From contig MTSL01000149.1 of assembly GCA_002794465.1 (NCBI GenBank), positions 85,810 through 91,387 on the forward strand: a DNA stretch of 5,578 nt, in the 5' to 3' direction. Shown here in pieces: positions 3,105 through 5,578 of the stretch. How positions within the stretch are numbered: position 1 is the stretch's first letter; the number at the start of each line of letters is the position of its first letter. Source of the stretch: Paramicrosporidium saccamoebae KSL3. Its lineage: Eukaryota; Fungi; Cryptomycota. The notes under the pieces are model-generated. The model saw only the letters and a program-made list of their open reading frames with translations. It was not told the origin of the DNA and did no database searches. The translations under genes were made by a program, and so were the position numbers.

Positions 3105-5508
3105 ATGAGTGCTTCGGCTTGGCTTCTGGAGACTGACAAATGTCTCAATACCCTCCTCACTGGTCACTTGGACCATATTGAGGCAGCAATGACTTCCAGT
3201 CTGCAATGGCTCCGCAGTCGTCCGAAACTGTCAATGACTCCGAAACGGACTCGACATCGAAGAAGACGAAAAAGTCCTCCTACTCCGTTGATGTCAGTGG
3301 AAGAGTCGGAGCTAAAGGCGGCTGTAATGCCGGTAAAGGTGACTACACCAAAAATGGTGGTGGAACCTCTTCCGGTAACGACACAGAGAAAGCGAGCGAG
3401 GATGACGAAAATTGCACCAAGTGTCAAGGAGACACCATTAAAGCCTCTAGAGCCTATGAAGCCAGCAAAATCGGTAAAGCCAGTAGAATTGGCAAAGAAG
3501 ATGGAGCCAGAAGAATTGGTTAAACAGCAAGAGCTAGCAGAGCCGGCGGAACAGTCAGAACCCGTAAAGCTGACGAAACAACCAGAATCGGTAAAGCCAG
3601 AGTCCGTGAAACAATCAGAGAAGCCGGCTGCGTTAGTAGAACCAGCTGCCACAGCCAAGAACACTGAGCCTCGGACGCCTGCAGTGCCGAACACGGCACA
3701 ACGGAAGAGAGGAAGGCCGCCTAAAGAAGTGATGCAATCTCCATTCGTAGACGAATCCGTCCCCATCTCTCTCACCACCACTGTCCAGAGGAGACGTGGC
3801 AGACCGCCCAAGGGAGCGTCAGCTAGTACAATGACAACTCCAGCACAGCTGGCAAGGCCGGTGCAGCTGACACAAAAGACTCAACAGTCAGAATTAAGGA
3901 AGACACCAATGATGATATCAGCGTTGCTGTCTAGTGATGGTAGTCCTATGAAGACGCCGGTGCCTACAAAGATAACGGCTATTTCAAAGACTCCAGTCCT
4001 CCCCAAACCACTAGCAGCAGCGCCGACAGAACCAAAGTTTGAATCGTGGACCTCTCGGTTCGTAAAGAATGCCAGTTTTGGTGCCCGTAAATCGGATGCA
4101 TCCTTGCCGATTGTAGATATACGGATACCGGCTGCTCCACCCCCTCGATCTCCAACCTTTGATGCAACGCAAGTGGAGCTCGTCCCGCCACCGACGGTTA
4201 CGAGGAGAGCAAAGAGAGAGACAGAGTATGCCGAGTCACCGCTGACAAGGGCGAAACGAATTGATGCACAAAATACATGGAGGGAGCAACAGCTGAAAAA
4301 CTTTTTTACTGCTAAATCTGATTCTTTGAAATCTGCCATGGAGACTCTGAAAGAAAAGTCAAATATTGTAGAGCCAGTTGAATCATTGGCCAAAGCAATA
4401 CCTCTTGCTGAGGTTGCCACTGAAACGCTGGAACCCAAAGTTGTTGTCGAGCCTCTGGAATCCAAAGTTGTTGTTAAATCGCCCGAACCTAAAGTTGTCG
4501 TTGAGCCTCTGAAATCCAAAGCTGTCGTTGAACCTCCGGAATTCAAATCTGCGACGATCCCGTCACCTCGGCCGTCCGTCCATACACATTCGGATATTGA
4601 AAACACGCCAATTTCTGAAGAAGAGATTCCCGTAATTGCGAGTGCGGCAGTGTTTGACTTTGAACCGATTCCGGATATTGCGCCACCAGTAAAATCATCT
4701 GATGAATCTTTGAGAAAAATGCTGGATCCGGTAGAGCTTGAAAAACGTCGTCGTTTAAAGGAGAGAAATGACAAGGCCCTATTAAAGAGGAAGCAGATGC
4801 TGGAAAAGGCACAGCAGATAAAGTCCAACAATTATGCAGATTTATCAGGAAAACCAAAGGAAGTCTCGCGCAAGATTAGCAATCTGCCAGTGAGGACAAC
4901 AGCAAAGCCAGTTATTGGTCCGTCATTGCAGAAGCAAGCAATTATAAATAGTGCAATGAAGAGCACTGTAGAGACGAAGCCATTCGAGTCTCCCAAGAGC
5001 GACACTGGGGTGTTCAGAATGCCACTACCCAAGCTAAGATCGCCATCAAGTAAGTCGCCATCACCCGGCGTGTCAAGCACTGCAGTCCGAATGGAGAGCA
5101 CTTCACCTACTAAGAGACTAGAGAATGGTGGGCCGTCATCTGATGATACGTTCTCCATCCCCTCCAAGCCTGTCAAGTCTCCGGCCTCGCCCCGTCTACC
5201 TGACATTCCCAGCGAGTATTGACCTGGAAATGTGGCTTTAATTTTGTAGCTCGAGCGAGGATGAGTTGATGCATCACCGTACCAATGTAAAGGAGAATCG
5301 TCCCATCTGGGCAAACACACCCGACGTGGCCAAATCGTTGCTGCAGCAGCGGTCAATCAAGCCAGAAGACATTTTTGGCGATGTACAGCCCGTCAAGCTC
5401 GAAGGTAATGCTCCAAATGTTTCAACATGACTAATGCGGGTAGATTTCTTCAAAGACAGTGGAAAAAAGTTTTCTAGGGGACGAACCTCGTCTATTTGGC
5501 ATTCTTAA
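3105..5508 (+). CDS. INCENP: Inner centromere protein (INCENP / Pic1 / Sli15 ortholog), scaffold of the chromosomal passenger complex. Exons 3105..5215, 5250..5404, 5444..5508, 776 aa.
   Basis: After removing two introns the C-terminus reads RLPDIPSDSSEDELMHHRTNVKENRPIWANTPDVAKSLLQQRSIKPEDIFGDVQPVKLEDFFKDSGKKFSRGRTSSIWHS*. This is a complete IN-box/ARK-binding domain (LP.I.SD..D...P.WA....L..Q...P..IFG......L..F...R.RTSS.W). The N-terminal helix SASAWLLE...SSLQWL resembles INCENP_N. The long P/K/E/T-rich middle has many S/T-P CDK sites. Start context is GCCATG. Confidence 0.95.
3435..3650 (+). repeat. Degenerate coding repeat region (KP/EP-rich: KPLEPMKPAKSVKPVE...ESVKPESVKQ) in INCENP
   Basis: An exact 15-mer AATCGGTAAAGCCAG occurs at 3469-3483 and 3586-3600, amid recurring AAGCC/GAGCC/GAACC codon pairs. 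No clean period is visible, and the boundaries are approximate. Confidence 0.55.
3702..3725 (+). other. AT-hook motif 1 (RKRGRPPK) in INCENP
   Basis: The translation RKRGRPPK has the canonical R-G-R-P core flanked by K/R. Confidence 0.8.
3789..3812 (+). other. AT-hook motif 2 (RRRGRPPK) in INCENP
   Basis: The translation RRRGRPPK has the canonical R-G-R-P core and starts 29 codons after hook 1. Confidence 0.8.
4428..4547 (+). repeat. 27-bp (9-aa) coding tandem repeat, about 4.4 copies: LEPKVVVEP / LESKVVVKS / PEPKVVVEP / LKSKAVVEP / PEFK
   Basis: Units start at 4428, 4455, 4482, 4509 and 4536, e.g. CTGGAACCCAAAGTTGTTGTCGAGCCT and CTGGAATCCAAAGTTGTTGTTAAATCG. All are in frame with INCENP. 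Confidence 0.9.
5216..5249 (+). other. 34-nt GT-AG intron 1 of INCENP (phase 2)
   Basis: GA|GTATTGACCTGGAAATGTGGCTTTAATTTTGTAG|C. Splicing gives GAC (Asp) and joins LPDIPS-D-SSEDE to the rest of the IN-box. The unspliced form stops at 5220-5222. Confidence 0.93.
5405..5443 (+). other. 39-nt GT-AG intron 2 of INCENP (phase 1)
   Basis: GAAG|GTAATGCTCCAAATGTTTCAACATGACTAATGCGGGTAG|AT, with a canonical branch point CTAAT at 5431-5435. Splicing gives KLE-D-FFKD...RTSSIWHS*. Confidence 0.93.
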
Positions 5509-5536
5509 TTTCTTTGTATTCTAATCGTATAAATTT

Positions 5537-5578
5537 TTACACTTTGCCCCGACCCGGAATAAGATCCTGGTGGAAAGT
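5537..5578 (-). CDS. Possible 3' end of a convergent gene running off the window (...TFHQDLIPGRGKV*)
   Basis: Thirteen open codons from the window edge end in TAA at 5539-5537, and composition shifts from AT-rich (about 5505-5545) to balanced beyond it. The stretch is too short to identify and could be chance. Confidence 0.3.
   Translation of the reverse strand, partial: TFHQDLIPGRGKV

Noticed and set aside
2997-3523. ORFs 2997..3206 (-) and 3206..3523 (+)
   Set aside because: They overlap the INCENP start and N-terminus in other frames, are short, and have no recognisable features.
3105-5222. The 705-aa ORF-track protein ending ...PDIPSEY as the complete product
   Set aside because: The stop lies inside a 34-nt intron. 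Splicing restores a full IN-box and extends the CDS to 5508.
3164-5356. Three long antisense ORFs in one frame opposite INCENP (3164..3811, 3881..4831, 4832..5356; 215, 316 and 174 aa)
   Set aside because: In this frame an antisense stop needs a sense pyrimidine followed by a TAx codon, or T followed by a CAx codon. INCENP exon 1 has only two Tyr and is low-complexity, so stops are rare. The observed stops fall exactly at ACT-CAA (3881) and AAT-TAT (4832). The products have no recognisable motifs and are shadow ORFs.
222-5508. The three genes as a functional cluster or novel multi-gene system
   Set aside because: A redox flavoprotein, a tetraspanin and a mitotic scaffold share no known pathway. 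Tight spacing is explained by genome compaction, and only conserved synteny or co-expression could revive the idea.

Overview
This is compact eukaryotic genomic DNA, not prokaryotic. It is most likely a fungus-like opisthokont with a reduced genome, such as an early-diverging fungus or Rozellomycota; that placement is inferred only from gene content, short intergenic gaps and tiny introns. Three complete genes are supported: (1) an AIFM3/Aif1-like Rieske + FAD/NAD(H) oxidoreductase, complement(join(222..248,279..1925)), 557 aa; (2) a tetraspanin, complement(2077..2835), 252 aa, with a highly charged C-terminal tail; (3) an INCENP/Pic1/Sli15 chromosomal passenger scaffold, join(3105..5215,5250..5404,5444..5508), 776 aa. 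The ORF track truncates genes 1 and 3 because it misses three 30-39 nt GT-AG introns; splicing restores the full Aurora-binding IN-box with its RTSS motif. The most notable points are these. All three introns are tiny, sit at the extreme 3' ends of their genes, have a near-fixed branch-to-AG spacing, and carry an in-frame stop within or touching a splice signal. The INCENP carries two AT-hooks, a PxVxI HP1-type motif and a TP-basic patch, but only a very short charged helix. The tetraspanin/INCENP divergent promoter has two identical CCAATCAGA boxes plus CHR-like and E2F-like motifs. I found no mobile element, RNA gene, CRISPR array or evidence of a new multi-gene system.
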